DNA of 64,000 nucleotides from Roseibacillus sp. (GCA_051251855.1 JBPOGI010000007.1:198863-262862); one strand, 5' to 3'; positions 54,664 to 64,000 are shown, numbered from the stretch's first letter. A program made the numbers and translations. Notes: generated by a model not told the origin, from the sequence alone.

Positions 54664-57600
54664 TTAGAATTGGGGCAGTGGATAGATGTGAGACCTCTTT
54701 TCATCACCTTCCAAGACTTTGACCATCACTGCTCGATGAGACTCGATAGTCAAATCGGCATTGCGGTTCAACAGCTGCGAGTCATTCAAGTCCAACCAAT
54801 AATCGAAGGGACCTGCATCCGCTAGCATGTAGCCAACATATCCTGTTTTGTATTCAGTAACAGTAGCGTCATCAACAACGAGGTCCCCTTTCCAAAAGAG
54901 GAGTTCCGTGCTCTTGCTTGGGGAAGTGCCCCCATCGAAACCCGCTACCAGTGTCAAATCGCGCCCATTAGGTCCGGCAGGTGACTGGTCAATCGGCCAC
55001 ATCGCACCTGTAAAGTTGAACCCTTCATTCATCGGTGCCGCCTGAGCGTAATCAACAACCATTCCGAAGGTGAACTGCTCCACTGGAGGAGTCGTCGCAG
55101 GAGCGAGGGCATTGCCAGAGCTCTTAGGATGAATCCAATTTCCCATCGAAGGATCAAGACGGCGGCCACCTTGGTCGACCTGGGCAAAGGGATCCGTGAC
55201 GCGAATCCACTTTGTGTCAGGAGCGGTGCCAACCAACATCAGGGTATCAAATCCAGGGGAACTCTTACGGGTATCATAGAAGAGCAAACGCGTCGCATCG
55301 GCAGGATTGGAGTCCTCTTCACCCAAAAAGGTGGTCGTCTTATCAAAGGCTTCATCCACCGTGCGATAGCGAATCACTTCGAAACTCGCTCCATTGAGCC
55401 CGCTATCTGTGGGCAATCCATCGAGCGTATTGAGAGAGGCTACCGCTTCGTCAAAGATGTCATCATCATTGAGCAAGGTGATAGACCCCATCCCACCGGC
55501 AAGAATATCGAAACGATGTCCTTCGAAAAGACCACTCGTCACTTGCAGGTAATATTCTCCATCAACGCCAACGAATGAGGACAAGTCGAGGTTACCCACT
55601 GAATCGCTGACATCCAAAGTGATATCTCCAGTCCCAGCGTCTTCAGCCAGAGTCAAAACTCCACTTCCAAAGGTTCCGCTCAAACTTGGCTTCTCCTTGA
55701 AGGGCGAACTAAAGCTCGCACACTCGTAGTCGTTATAGGCGTTGCACTGCCAACCAAAGATGCGGGTGTAGAAAACCTCACTGGCTTCGTAAGTGCCACT
55801 CGCATCCGCATCAACCTCAACTTTGACTCGCACCACACCACTCACAGGAGAGGTCGGAGCTGCGCTCTGGATATTGAAGTAAGTCACCTTCTCTGCTTCG
55901 AGGGGCACATCGGCATCCGTGGTATTAACGGTCGGAGTCACGTTAAGAGTGCTCCAAGTGGTCGGAGTGCCAAGAGTCGACGCCCCTTCGAGGGTGTATC
56001 TCACATCACCAAGTCCTCCACGACGGCGCATGAATTGCGCGGCAACCGTGCCATCTGCCGCTTTTTCAAGACAGAATTCACCGTGCCCGGGAACTCCGTT
56101 GGCGGCATTCAGACAGAAGGCATACTCGAGGGCATTCGGATAGATGTCTCCGTCAGGGTTGTCCCCGAGTGCGGTCTCTCCATTGAGGGTCGAACCGTAA
56201 CTTGCAAGATAGGCCCCATAAGTATCACTCTTTCGAATCTCGACAAAGTCGTTACCGCTGTCGGTTTCACCCGCATCCAATGTAACGGGAATGAGGTCGT
56301 CAGTCGTCGAAGCATTCGACTGGTCTGCCGTGGTTCCAGTATCAGTTGTGCTGTCGAGGTCGGTGACCGTAACGAAGTTGTTTGGCTGAGTCTCTTTCAC
56401 CGTATAGCTGCCAGGAGCGAGGCCTGTGAACGCATAACTTCCATCAGTCGTGGTCACGACGTAATCCTGAGTGCCTGCAAGATTTGGATTATCCGCAGGA
56501 CCTTCTCCGGCATCATCGCTGTCTCCGTCACCATTGAGGTCGGTGCAAAGGGTGAGGGTGACCACGTTAATCACAACATCGCCGCCACCATCTCCATCGG
56601 TGTCTTCGTAGATCGTTCCCGCAATCGCAGCGGCCTGAACGAAGCCAAAGTCCACCGTGAGATTGGTGTTGTTATCATCAGCAGTGTTGACCGCATTGGC
56701 TGCGTCTTTTCCTGCTTCGCCCGTAGGCTCCGCATTGTTCGCAAGGTCAATCACGGTCGAAGTGACACCATCACTGGTGACGTCATCCCCGTTCTCATCG
56801 ACGTTGTCATCACTTCCAATGTCGCCACCTTGACCAATCACGGGAAGATAGCCCACGAGGTCTCCCCCAGTGGTGAATTCGCTCGCTGGAATCACGATGT
56901 AATATTTTCCGGAAGGTAAGTTACTAAAGAGGTAGCAACCGCCGCTTGCGGTAACCATCCCTCCTGCCGCATCATCAGCACTGCCAAGAATTCCGTCGGG
57001 GCCAACGTTGATTTCGACATCATCGCCACCGCCAATTTGGTCGTCTCCTCCAGCGCTGAAAATCTGAACGCTGATGCCATCAAACCCTTCCCCAGCATCG
57101 TAGACACCGTTGTTGTTGAGGTCAGTAAAGACGAGGTTACCCACCGCCACAGGAACTTCTTCAACGAAGTCGTTGCCGCCATCGGTTTCACCTGCATCCA
57201 CAGAAACAGGGATGAGGTTGTCGCTCGTCGAAGCATTCGATTGGTCCACGGTCGCGCCCGTGTCAGTCGCGCTATCAAAGTCGGTGACGGTCACATAGCC
57301 ATTTGGCTGAGTCTCTTTTACCACGTAGCTCCCTGGAGTGAGTCCAGTGAAGGCATAAGTGCCGTCGGTGGTGGTAAGGATGTAATCCTGAGTGCCCGCA
57401 AGATTTGGATTATCCGCAGGACCTTCTCCCGCATCATCACTGTCTCCGTCGCCATTGAGATCGGTGCAGAGTGTGAGGGTGACCACGTTAATCACAACAT
57501 CGCCGTTTCCATCTCCATCGGCGTCCTCGTAAATCGTTCCCGCAATCACTGCAGGTGCGACGAAGCCAAAGTCGACGGTCAGGTCGGTGTTATTATCGTC

Positions 57601-60600
57601 GGCAGCATTGACCGCATTGGCTGCGTCTTTTCCTGCCTCCTTGGTTACCTCCGCATTGTTGGCAAGGTCAATGACGGTTGAAGTGACGCCATCACTAGTA
57701 ATGTCATCCCCGTTCTCATCGACGTTGTCATCACTCGCAATGTCTCCACCTTGACCAATCACGGGAAGATAGCCCACGAGGTCTCCCCCAGTAGTGAATT
57801 CGCTCGCAGGAATCAGGATATAGTATTTGCCTGAAGGTAGATTGCTAAAGAGGTAGCAACCGCCACTTGCGGTCACCATGCCGCCTGCAGCGTCATCAGC
57901 AGTGCCTAGGATTCCGTCAGGACCCACGTTGATTTCGACATCATCACCACCGCCAATCTGGTCGTCTCCTCCAGCGCTGAAAATCTGAACGCTGACGCCA
58001 TCAACCCCTTCGCCAGCATCGTAAGCACCGTTATTATTGAGGTCGCTAAAGACGAGGTTACCGACGGCAACAGGAACTTCTTCAACAAAATCGTTACCGC
58101 TATCGGTCTCTCCTGCATCCACAGTCGCCGAGATGAGATTGTCGCTCGACGAGACATTCGATTGGTCTGCCGTCGCACCCGTATCAACCACACTATCGAG
58201 GTCTGTGACTGTCAGAAAGCCGTTTGGCTGAGTCTCTTTCACGACATAGCTCCCTGGAGTGAGACCAGTGAAGGAATAAGTGCCGTCAGTGGTGGTAACG
58301 ATGTAATCCTGAGTGCCCGCAAGATTTGGATTATCCGCAGGACCTTCTCCAGCATCATCACTATCTCCGTCGCCATTGAGGTCGGTGCAGAGTGTAAGAG
58401 TAACCACGCTGATGACCACATCGCCGTTTTCATCTCCATCGGTGTCCTCGAAGACAGTTCCTGCAATCGCAGCTGGCAGTTCTTCAACGAAGTCGTTGCC
58501 GCCATCGGTTTCACCCGCATCAACCGTCACTGGGATGAGGTTATCACTCGTCGAAGCATTCGATTGGTCCACAGTCGTGCCTGTGTCTGAAGAACTGTCG
58601 AGGTCGGTGACCGTCAAATAGTCGTTTGGTTGAGTCTCTTTCACGACATAGCTTCCGGGAGTCAATCCGGTGAAAGCATAAGTACCGTTGGTCGTTGTGA
58701 TGGTGTAATCCTGAGTGCCCGCAAGGTTCGGATTATCGGCAGGGCCTTCACCAGCATCATCGCTATCTCCGTCTCCATTGAGATCGGTGCAGAGTGTAAG
58801 AGTAACCACGCTGATGACAACATCGCCGTTTTCATCTCCATCGGTGTCCTCGAAGATCGTTCCTGCAATCGCAGCTGGCAGTTCTTCAACGAAGTCGTTG
58901 CCACTATCAGTCTCCCCCGCATCAACGGTAACAGGAATGAGGTTGTCGCTGTTCGAGGTATTGGTTTGATCCACGGTAGCACCCGTGTCCGCTGAGCTAT
59001 CGAGGTCAGTGACCGTCAGGAAGCCGTTTGGCTGAGTCTCTTTCACGACATAGCTTCCCGGAGTGAGTCCGGTAAAGGCGTAAGTTCCATCGGTCGTGGT
59101 AATGGTATAATCCTGAGTGCTCGCGAGGTTCGGATTATCCGCAGGACCTTCTCCAGCATCATCACTATCTCCGTCGCCATTGAGGTCGGTGCAGAGCGTA
59201 AGAGTAACCACGCTGATGACAACATCGCCGTTTTCATCTCCATCGGTGTCCTCGAAGACAGTTCCCGCAATCGCCGCCGGCTCCACGAAGCCGAAGTCGA
59301 CGGTGAGGTCTGTATTATCATCGTCGGCAGCGTTGACTGCATTCGCCGCATCTTTTCCATTCTCTTTGGTGGGCTCTGCATTGTTCGCAAGGTCAATCAC
59401 AGTGGAAGTAACGCCATCACTGGTAGTATCGTCTCCATTTTCATCAACGCTATCATCGTTGCCGAGGTCTCCACCTTGCCCAATCACGGGAAGATAGCCC
59501 ACGAGGTCTCCGCCAGCAGTGAATTCGCTCGACGGAATAAGAATATAGTATTTACCGGAAGGTAGATTGCTAAAGAGGTAGCAACCACCACTTGCGGTCA
59601 CCATGCCGCCAACAGCATCATCTGCAGTGCCAAGGATTCCGTCGGGACCCACGTTGATCTCCACGTCGTCACCACCGCCAATCTGGTCGTCTCCGCCAGC
59701 ACTATAAATCTGAACACTGACGCCATCAACTCCTTCACCAGCGTCGTAGACACCGTTGTTGTTAAGGTCGCTGAAGACGAGGTTACCCACCGCGACAGGA
59801 ACTTCTTCAACGAAGTCGTTGCCGCCATCAGTTTCACCCGCATCAACTGTCACTGGGATGAGGTTATCACCGGTCGAAGCATTCGATTGGTCCGCGGTCG
59901 TGCCTGTGTCAGTAGAGCTATCGAGGTCGGTGACCGTCAGATAGTCGTTTGGCTGAGTTTCCTTCACGACATAGCTCCCCGGAGTCAGTCCGGTGAACGC
60001 GTAGGTGCCGTTGGTAGTAGTAACAGTGTAATCCTGCGAGCCAACGAGATTCGGATTATCAGCAGGACCTTCTCCGGCGTCATCGCTGTCTCCGTCACCA
60101 TTGAGGTCGGTGCAGAGCGTAAGAGTGACCACATTGATAGCGACATCGCCGTTTCCATCTCCATCGGTGTCTTCGTAGATCGTTCCTGCAATCGCTGCTG
60201 GCAACTCTTCAACAAAGTCATTGCCGCTATCGGTCTCCCCCGCATCCACAGTAGCAGGAATAAGATTGTCGCTCGTCGAGGCGTTAGATTGGTCCACGGT
60301 AGTTCCAGTATCAGCCGCACTGTCGAAATCGGTGACCGTGAGATAGCCGTTTGGCTGGGTCTCCTTCACGACATAACTTCCAGGAGCCAGTCCCGTGAAC
60401 GCATACGTGCCATTGGTAGTGGTGATTGTGTAATCCTGAGCGCCTGCGAGGTTAGGATTATCAGCAGGACCTTCTCCGGCATCGTCACTATCTCCATCAC
60501 CATTGAGGTCGGTGCAGAGGGTAAGAGTGACCACGTTAATCACAACATCGCCTCCCCCATCTCCATCGGTGTCTTGGTAGATTGCTCCCGCAATCGCAGC

Positions 60601-63528
60601 AGGTCGCTCCTCAACAAAATCGTTGCCGCTATCCGTCTCATCCGCAACGACGCTTACAGGAATACTATTATCCGTTGTGCTCGTGTTCGTGCCATCGTCT
60701 CCGGGAATGGTGGTGTCACCATCAGTCACGGTGAGAAAACCACTCGGCTGGTCTTGCACAACCACGTAATCCTCGGGGGCAAGATTGGTGAAGGCATAAG
60801 TCCCGTCGGTGGTGGTGACGACATAGTCCTGTGTTCCGGCAATATTGGGATTATCGATTGCAGTGGTACCGTCGCTCGCGAACAAACGAATGGTCGTCAC
60901 ATTAATGACAACATCGCCATCATCGTCATTGTCTGTGTCCTCAAAGGTCGTTCCGGTGATACTTGCAATCGGAATCTCCAGCGAAAGGTTCACGCTACCC
61001 ACACAACCAGCGGTGTCAGAAGCGGTCACCGCAAAATTGAAAGAGTTCCCCTCTGTCGGAGTTCCAGAGAGCACGCCAACATTGCCACTATCGACAAAGG
61101 ACATTCCCGCCGGTAAAGAACCAGACGAAAGAGTCCACGTCACCGCGCCGTTGGCTCCAGGTGCGGTGAAATTAACCGGTCCATAACTCTGACCGAACTG
61201 TCCGTCAGCAAGCGTGGAAGGAGTGATTACGAGAGCATCGCAACTCACAGAAATCGTAAAGGTTGCCGTTCCAACACACCCCTCATCATCGGTCGAAGTG
61301 ATCGTGAAAGTTTGTGATTCAACAGTTGTAGGAGTTCCTTGAATCTTGTCGCCAACAATCGACAACCCATCTGGCAGAACCCCAGAGGTAACCACATAAC
61401 TATAGGGTGCAACTCCACCGAAAGTGGCGAGAGTTTCACTATAAGGCACTCCCACCTCTCCAGCGCTCAAACTCGGAGGCCCCACGGTGAGAACCGGACA
61501 GGTAAACCCGAAGTCGTAACTGTAATTTTCATCACTCGCAGGACTTGTGACAAAAATTAGAGCTTCGCCACCAACGGGAGAGGCATCAGAATCCAAGTCA
61601 TCCCCCGTTGGGCTGTTGTTTGTCACTCCCCCAGCATTGGTGGGGCTCAAAACAAGACCATTTAGAGGAGCTTGACTGACATCGATACAGACGCGGTAAG
61701 ACGTCGAAGCTTCAAGTCCATCCGCATTCCCAAAGTAGTAAAATCCAGATGAATCCGTTGTCGTTGTAAGAGGAACAGGTGGACTGCAATCGATGTTAAA
61801 GTTATTCAATCTCACTCGCTTCGTTGCCAAGTCAGCATCACTCCTGACCCGGATTCGATTGGCGGTGTTCGGAAGAGGAAGAGCACCGCTTGATTGAACG
61901 GCACCATCCAAGCCAGCACCATCGATAATCGCCAAGGCAGTCCAATCAACCCCACCATTTTCAGAATACTCGAAAAAGAGTTGGTCCGTCGACTCCCATG
62001 CTAAATTGTAGCGCTCATAGTCAAAGCTCAAGAAAGCAGAACGACAACCACTCAAGTCGAGCGCACGAGAAACGTCTGCCGTAGACCGTATCGTAATCAT
62101 CTGGTCGCCACCAAAGTCCTCAATCTGCACGAGACCTTCATTCGTGCCATCACTCGCAGCCGCTGTCTCACTATCGAGCCAAGGTCCTTCAGAAGGCCAC
62201 CCCCCCAAGCCACCCCCACTCCAAGAACCTAAATTGCCATCGAGAGAATAGCCTGAAATCGCATCGGCATGGCTCGAGGCTGGAACGCCATCCACCATCA
62301 CCGGATCACCATTGCTGTCTTGAAGACAAACGACCACCCCCTCAATTCCTGGCTCACCAGCATCCCGGTCGCCATCTCCATTGAGGTCTTCCCAAACAAG
62401 GTTCCCGATCGCTACAGTATCAATATCAGCAGTCACCTTGAGGACAGGAGCCAAAGCGTCACCATCATTGCGACAACCTTCCACCCAGCGCAGACCAATC
62501 AAATCACCGGACGATGGGTTGCTCGCACCAAAGAGTGCCCGCGGAATCACAGCTTCGATAATATAGGTCGGAGCATCGTTTTCCTCGTTCCCACTCGGAA
62601 ACTCATAACGATAATAGTCCACATAAGTCGCATTACCCAGCAACGTCGCGGTCGCTTGAGGGTGACTTGGGTCAAAGTTCGTGTGCTCATAATCTGCCTG
62701 AACGTGACCCACTCGTGAACCAGTATACCAGTCGCCCACGGTAGGATAAACGATATCACTCGCTGTCGCCGGCAAATCTGAAGTGGTCTCATAGAACCCG
62801 CTTCCCAAGTTAAAAGAGTTCATGAACGAAGTGGAGAACGTTCCCGTACCCACCGTCACAACATCCTCGTTGGTATTATCGTTATTCGGGCGGACATCGT
62901 CGGTGATGTCTAATCCATAGTTGTAGCTCCAAGTGGTGGCATTATTCTCATTCCGCTCAGTGCCAGCCTTGAACAAGCTAATGGAGACGTCTCCCGGACG
63001 AATAAATGCTCGGGTTGCATCGATGCGAGGATCCACGATACCAATATCATCCACATCTTCGTCTCCATCCAAGTCGATGTTCGCGAATGGAACCGAAGTC
63101 ACAATCGCCAGGTAGATATAATCCTCATCGTTGTCGAGATAGAGGGCCTCAACATCATACCACTCACCGCCCGATGGATAGTTGTCAGCGTCCGGCGTCC
63201 CTGGGGCCGGGGTGTGATCAATCGAGGTTTGTCCAAAGGCATTGTCCCATGTTCCGAACCAATCCCCTTCCGTCCAATCTACCGTGCCTACATTTTTTGT
63301 AGGAACAAAGCTGGTGTGATCAAACATATAACCCCCATTAGGGCCCGTACCATCGTTATAACCCGCTGCCGCATTTAATGTCGCCTCCAACTCGAGCGTC
63401 ACACCAAATCTGGATTGTAAAAGCTTCTCACCCGCGGGAGGCGCTGGTGCGGCGTACAAATTGAAAGTTTGCGCGCACAATAGGGTGGCCAAGGGCAATT
63501 GTAATAATTTCGGCAATGTCGAATTCAT
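54664..63528 (-). CDS. Giant secreted adhesin-like protein (about 2954 aa from ATG 63528; 2966 aa from GTG 63564): jelly-roll-like and He_PIG-type Ig domains, 11-unit Cna-B-type tandem array, conserved C-terminal module
   Basis: Signal peptide MNSTLPKLLQLPLATLLCAQTFNLYA. Two putative Ig (He_PIG-like) units are present (GVPYSETLATFGGVAPYSYVVTSGVLPDGLSIVGDKIQGTP; GQSYGPVNFTAPGANGAVTWTLSSGSLPAGMSF). A long near-identical repeat array follows. The last 500 aa are homologous to the end of the 4896-aa protein. Confidence 0.85.
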   Translation of the reverse strand: MNSTLPKLLQLPLATLLCAQTFNLYAAPAPPAGEKLLQSRFGVTLELEATLNAAAGYNDGTGPNGGYMFDHTSFVPTKNVGTVDWTEGDWFGTWDNAFGQTSIDHTPAPGTPDADNYPSGGEWYDVEALYLDNDEDYIYLAIVTSVPFANIDLDGDEDVDDIGIVDPRIDATRAFIRPGDVSISLFKAGTERNENNATTWSYNYGLDITDDVRPNNDNTNEDVVTVGTGTFSTSFMNSFNLGSGFYETTSDLPATASDIVYPTVGDWYTGSRVGHVQADYEHTNFDPSHPQATATLLGNATYVDYYRYEFPSGNEENDAPTYIIEAVIPRALFGASNPSSGDLIGLRWVEGCRNDGDALAPVLKVTADIDTVAIGNLVWEDLNGDGDRDAGEPGIEGVVVCLQDSNGDPVMVDGVPASSHADAISGYSLDGNLGSWSGGGLGGWPSEGPWLDSETAAASDGTNEGLVQIEDFGGDQMITIRSTADVSRALDLSGCRSAFLSFDYERYNLAWESTDQLFFEYSENGGVDWTALAIIDGAGLDGAVQSSGALPLPNTANRIRVRSDADLATKRVRLNNFNIDCSPPVPLTTTTDSSGFYYFGNADGLEASTSYRVCIDVSQAPLNGLVLSPTNAGGVTNNSPTGDDLDSDASPVGGEALIFVTSPASDENYSYDFGFTCPVLTVGPPSLSAGEVGVPYSETLATFGGVAPYSYVVTSGVLPDGLSIVGDKIQGTPTTVESQTFTITSTDDEGCVGTATFTISVSCDALVITPSTLADGQFGQSYGPVNFTAPGANGAVTWTLSSGSLPAGMSFVDSGNVGVLSGTPTEGNSFNFAVTASDTAGCVGSVNLSLEIPIASITGTTFEDTDNDDDGDVVINVTTIRLFASDGTTAIDNPNIAGTQDYVVTTTDGTYAFTNLAPEDYVVVQDQPSGFLTVTDGDTTIPGDDGTNTSTTDNSIPVSVVADETDSGNDFVEERPAAIAGAIYQDTDGDGGGDVVINVVTLTLCTDLNGDGDSDDAGEGPADNPNLAGAQDYTITTTNGTYAFTGLAPGSYVVKETQPNGYLTVTDFDSAADTGTTVDQSNASTSDNLIPATVDAGETDSGNDFVEELPAAIAGTIYEDTDGDGNGDVAINVVTLTLCTDLNGDGDSDDAGEGPADNPNLVGSQDYTVTTTNGTYAFTGLTPGSYVVKETQPNDYLTVTDLDSSTDTGTTADQSNASTGDNLIPVTVDAGETDGGNDFVEEVPVAVGNLVFSDLNNNGVYDAGEGVDGVSVQIYSAGGDDQIGGGDDVEINVGPDGILGTADDAVGGMVTASGGCYLFSNLPSGKYYILIPSSEFTAGGDLVGYLPVIGQGGDLGNDDSVDENGDDTTSDGVTSTVIDLANNAEPTKENGKDAANAVNAADDDNTDLTVDFGFVEPAAIAGTVFEDTDGDENGDVVISVVTLTLCTDLNGDGDSDDAGEGPADNPNLASTQDYTITTTDGTYAFTGLTPGSYVVKETQPNGFLTVTDLDSSADTGATVDQTNTSNSDNLIPVTVDAGETDSGNDFVEELPAAIAGTIFEDTDGDENGDVVISVVTLTLCTDLNGDGDSDDAGEGPADNPNLAGTQDYTITTTNGTYAFTGLTPGSYVVKETQPNDYLTVTDLDSSSDTGTTVDQSNASTSDNLIPVTVDAGETDGGNDFVEELPAAIAGTVFEDTDGDENGDVVISVVTLTLCTDLNGDGDSDDAGEGPADNPNLAGTQDYIVTTTDGTYSFTGLTPGSYVVKETQPNGFLTVTDLDSVVDTGATADQSNVSSSDNLISATVDAGETDSGNDFVEEVPVAVGNLVFSDLNNNGAYDAGEGVDGVSVQIFSAGGDDQIGGGDDVEINVGPDGILGTADDAAGGMVTASGGCYLFSNLPSGKYYILIPASEFTTGGDLVGYLPVIGQGGDIASDDNVDENGDDITSDGVTSTVIDLANNAEVTKEAGKDAANAVNAADDNNTDLTVDFGFVAPAVIAGTIYEDADGDGNGDVVINVVTLTLCTDLNGDGDSDDAGEGPADNPNLAGTQDYILTTTDGTYAFTGLTPGSYVVKETQPNGYVTVTDFDSATDTGATVDQSNASTSDNLIPVSVDAGETDGGNDFVEEVPVAVGNLVFTDLNNNGVYDAGEGFDGISVQIFSAGGDDQIGGGDDVEINVGPDGILGSADDAAGGMVTASGGCYLFSNLPSGKYYIVIPASEFTTGGDLVGYLPVIGQGGDIGSDDNVDENGDDVTSDGVTSTVIDLANNAEPTGEAGKDAANAVNTADDNNTNLTVDFGFVQAAAIAGTIYEDTDGDGGGDVVINVVTLTLCTDLNGDGDSDDAGEGPADNPNLAGTQDYVVTTTDGSYAFTGLAPGSYTVKETQPNNFVTVTDLDSTTDTGTTADQSNASTTDDLIPVTLDAGETDSGNDFVEIRKSDTYGAYLASYGSTLNGETALGDNPDGDIYPNALEYAFCLNAANGVPGHGEFCLEKAADGTVAAQFMRRRGGLGDVRYTLEGASTLGTPTTWSTLNVTPTVNTTDADVPLEAEKVTYFNIQSAAPTSPVSGVVRVKVEVDADASGTYEASEVFYTRIFGWQCNAYNDYECASFSSPFKEKPSLSGTFGSGVLTLAEDAGTGDITLDVSDSVGNLDLSSFVGVDGEYYLQVTSGLFEGHRFDILAGGMGSITLLNDDDIFDEAVASLNTLDGLPTDSGLNGASFEVIRYRTVDEAFDKTTTFLGEEDSNPADATRLLFYDTRKSSPGFDTLMLVGTAPDTKWIRVTDPFAQVDQGGRRLDPSMGNWIHPKSSGNALAPATTPPVEQFTFGMVVDYAQAAPMNEGFNFTGAMWPIDQSPAGPNGRDLTLVAGFDGGTSPSKSTELLFWKGDLVVDDATVTEYKTGYVGYMLADAGPFDYWLDLNDSQLLNRNADLTIESHRAVMVKVLEGDEKRSHIYPLPQF
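56239..60951 (-). repeat. Tandem in-frame array A1-A2-A3-B1-A4-A5-A6-B2-A7-B3-A8 (A = 402 bp/134 aa, B = 519 bp/173 aa) inside the 2966-aa gene
   Basis: Antisense shadow ORFs at 58313, 58715 and 59117 start with identical peptides exactly 402 bp apart. ORFs at 57110, 58037 and 59756 give a 921-bp A+B period. The protein units are nearly identical (TIYEDTDGDGNGDVVINVVTLTLCTDLNGDGDSDDAGEGPADNPNLAGTQDY...). Confidence 0.9.
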
Positions 63529-64000
63529 AAGGAAGGGGGGACTTGGGGGATTTGAATGAAACACCTCGACATCACATCAGCTTCCCGAAGGCGGGAATTT
63601 GCTGCGCAGCTCGAAGCATGACACTATTTTATTTAATTTTAAAAAATAGTCAACGTTGATGTATTTTTTTAAACTCCGAACTTTTCTCACAAGAGAACAG
63701 GATTTAACGTAACCAGCTAAAAAAGAGTGCTTTACCTGGAAAACCAAAAGAAAGAAAAAAAGAGCGGAAACAAAGAACGCGTCAACCCTAAGTATTTTTA
63801 TATAGAAAAAAAGGATCGCTCCGACAAAACATCCGAATTTAAAATGAATTTACATATAAAATATAATATCTAATTCAGCCGGAATGAAGAAACGGCAGGG
63901 AGAAAGCCGCATACCAACAGCCCCCATCAACCCTTGTGTCCAACATCAAAGCAGATAGCCCTGCGAGAAATATCAGCTCAGCAGGCCCTAGTTCAATCCT

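Noticed and set aside
59887-61116. 409-aa + strand ORF and many 60-290-aa ORFs antisense to the repeat array of the 2966-aa gene
   Set aside because: They are shadow ORFs that repeat with the 402/921-bp period of the sense-strand array, and their composition is not protein-like.
1-64000. Mobile elements, prophage, tRNA/rRNA genes, toxin-antitoxin or classical defence systems
   Set aside because: I recognised no integrase, transposase or recombinase motifs, no cloverleaf-like tRNA sequences, no rRNA-like segments and no cas or restriction signatures while reading the ORF track and intergenic regions. Absence is judged by eye only and should be confirmed with tRNAscan-SE, Infernal and ISfinder-type searches.

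Overview
The window looks like a chromosomal segment from a moderately GC-rich Gram-negative bacterium, most plausibly Verrucomicrobiota or a PVC relative. That placement is inferred only from PEP-CTERM tails, giant DUF11/Cna-B/FG-GAP surface proteins, ECF sigma clusters and mostly SD-less starts.

Bases 1-36,200 mix housekeeping genes with envelope genes. The housekeeping genes are rpmE, alr, dapB, folK, pgk, larC, a DEAD-box helicase and a YhaM-like nuclease. The envelope and secreted genes include a malectin-domain protein, a vWA-autotransporter, a cytochrome c/beta-propeller fusion, a HerA-like ATPase, a five-module Cys-bracketed secreted protein, a beta-propeller protein, two ECF sigma/anti-sigma modules, a Ser/Thr kinase and an MscS-like channel.

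Bases 36,900-63,600 are one minus-strand surface-protein locus. It holds two giant adhesin-like genes (4896 aa and about 2954-2966 aa) that share a 500-aa C-terminal module of unknown function. Between them sit three small paralogous secreted proteins, two with PEP-CTERM tails.

The most interesting non-coding signal is at 36,187-36,622. It consists of three tandem small-RNA-like units. Each has an identically spaced ECF-sigma-like promoter motif, a GNRA-loop hairpin with compensatory changes between copies, an invariant 18-nt linker (GUGCGUUGUUGUUCCCAC) and a UUCG-loop intrinsic terminator. The units lie directly downstream of an ECF sigma / anti-sigma / MscS-like operon.

I saw no rRNA, tRNA, CRISPR array, transposase or integrase. 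Many track ORFs are frame shadows caused by strong coding-strand C>G bias.
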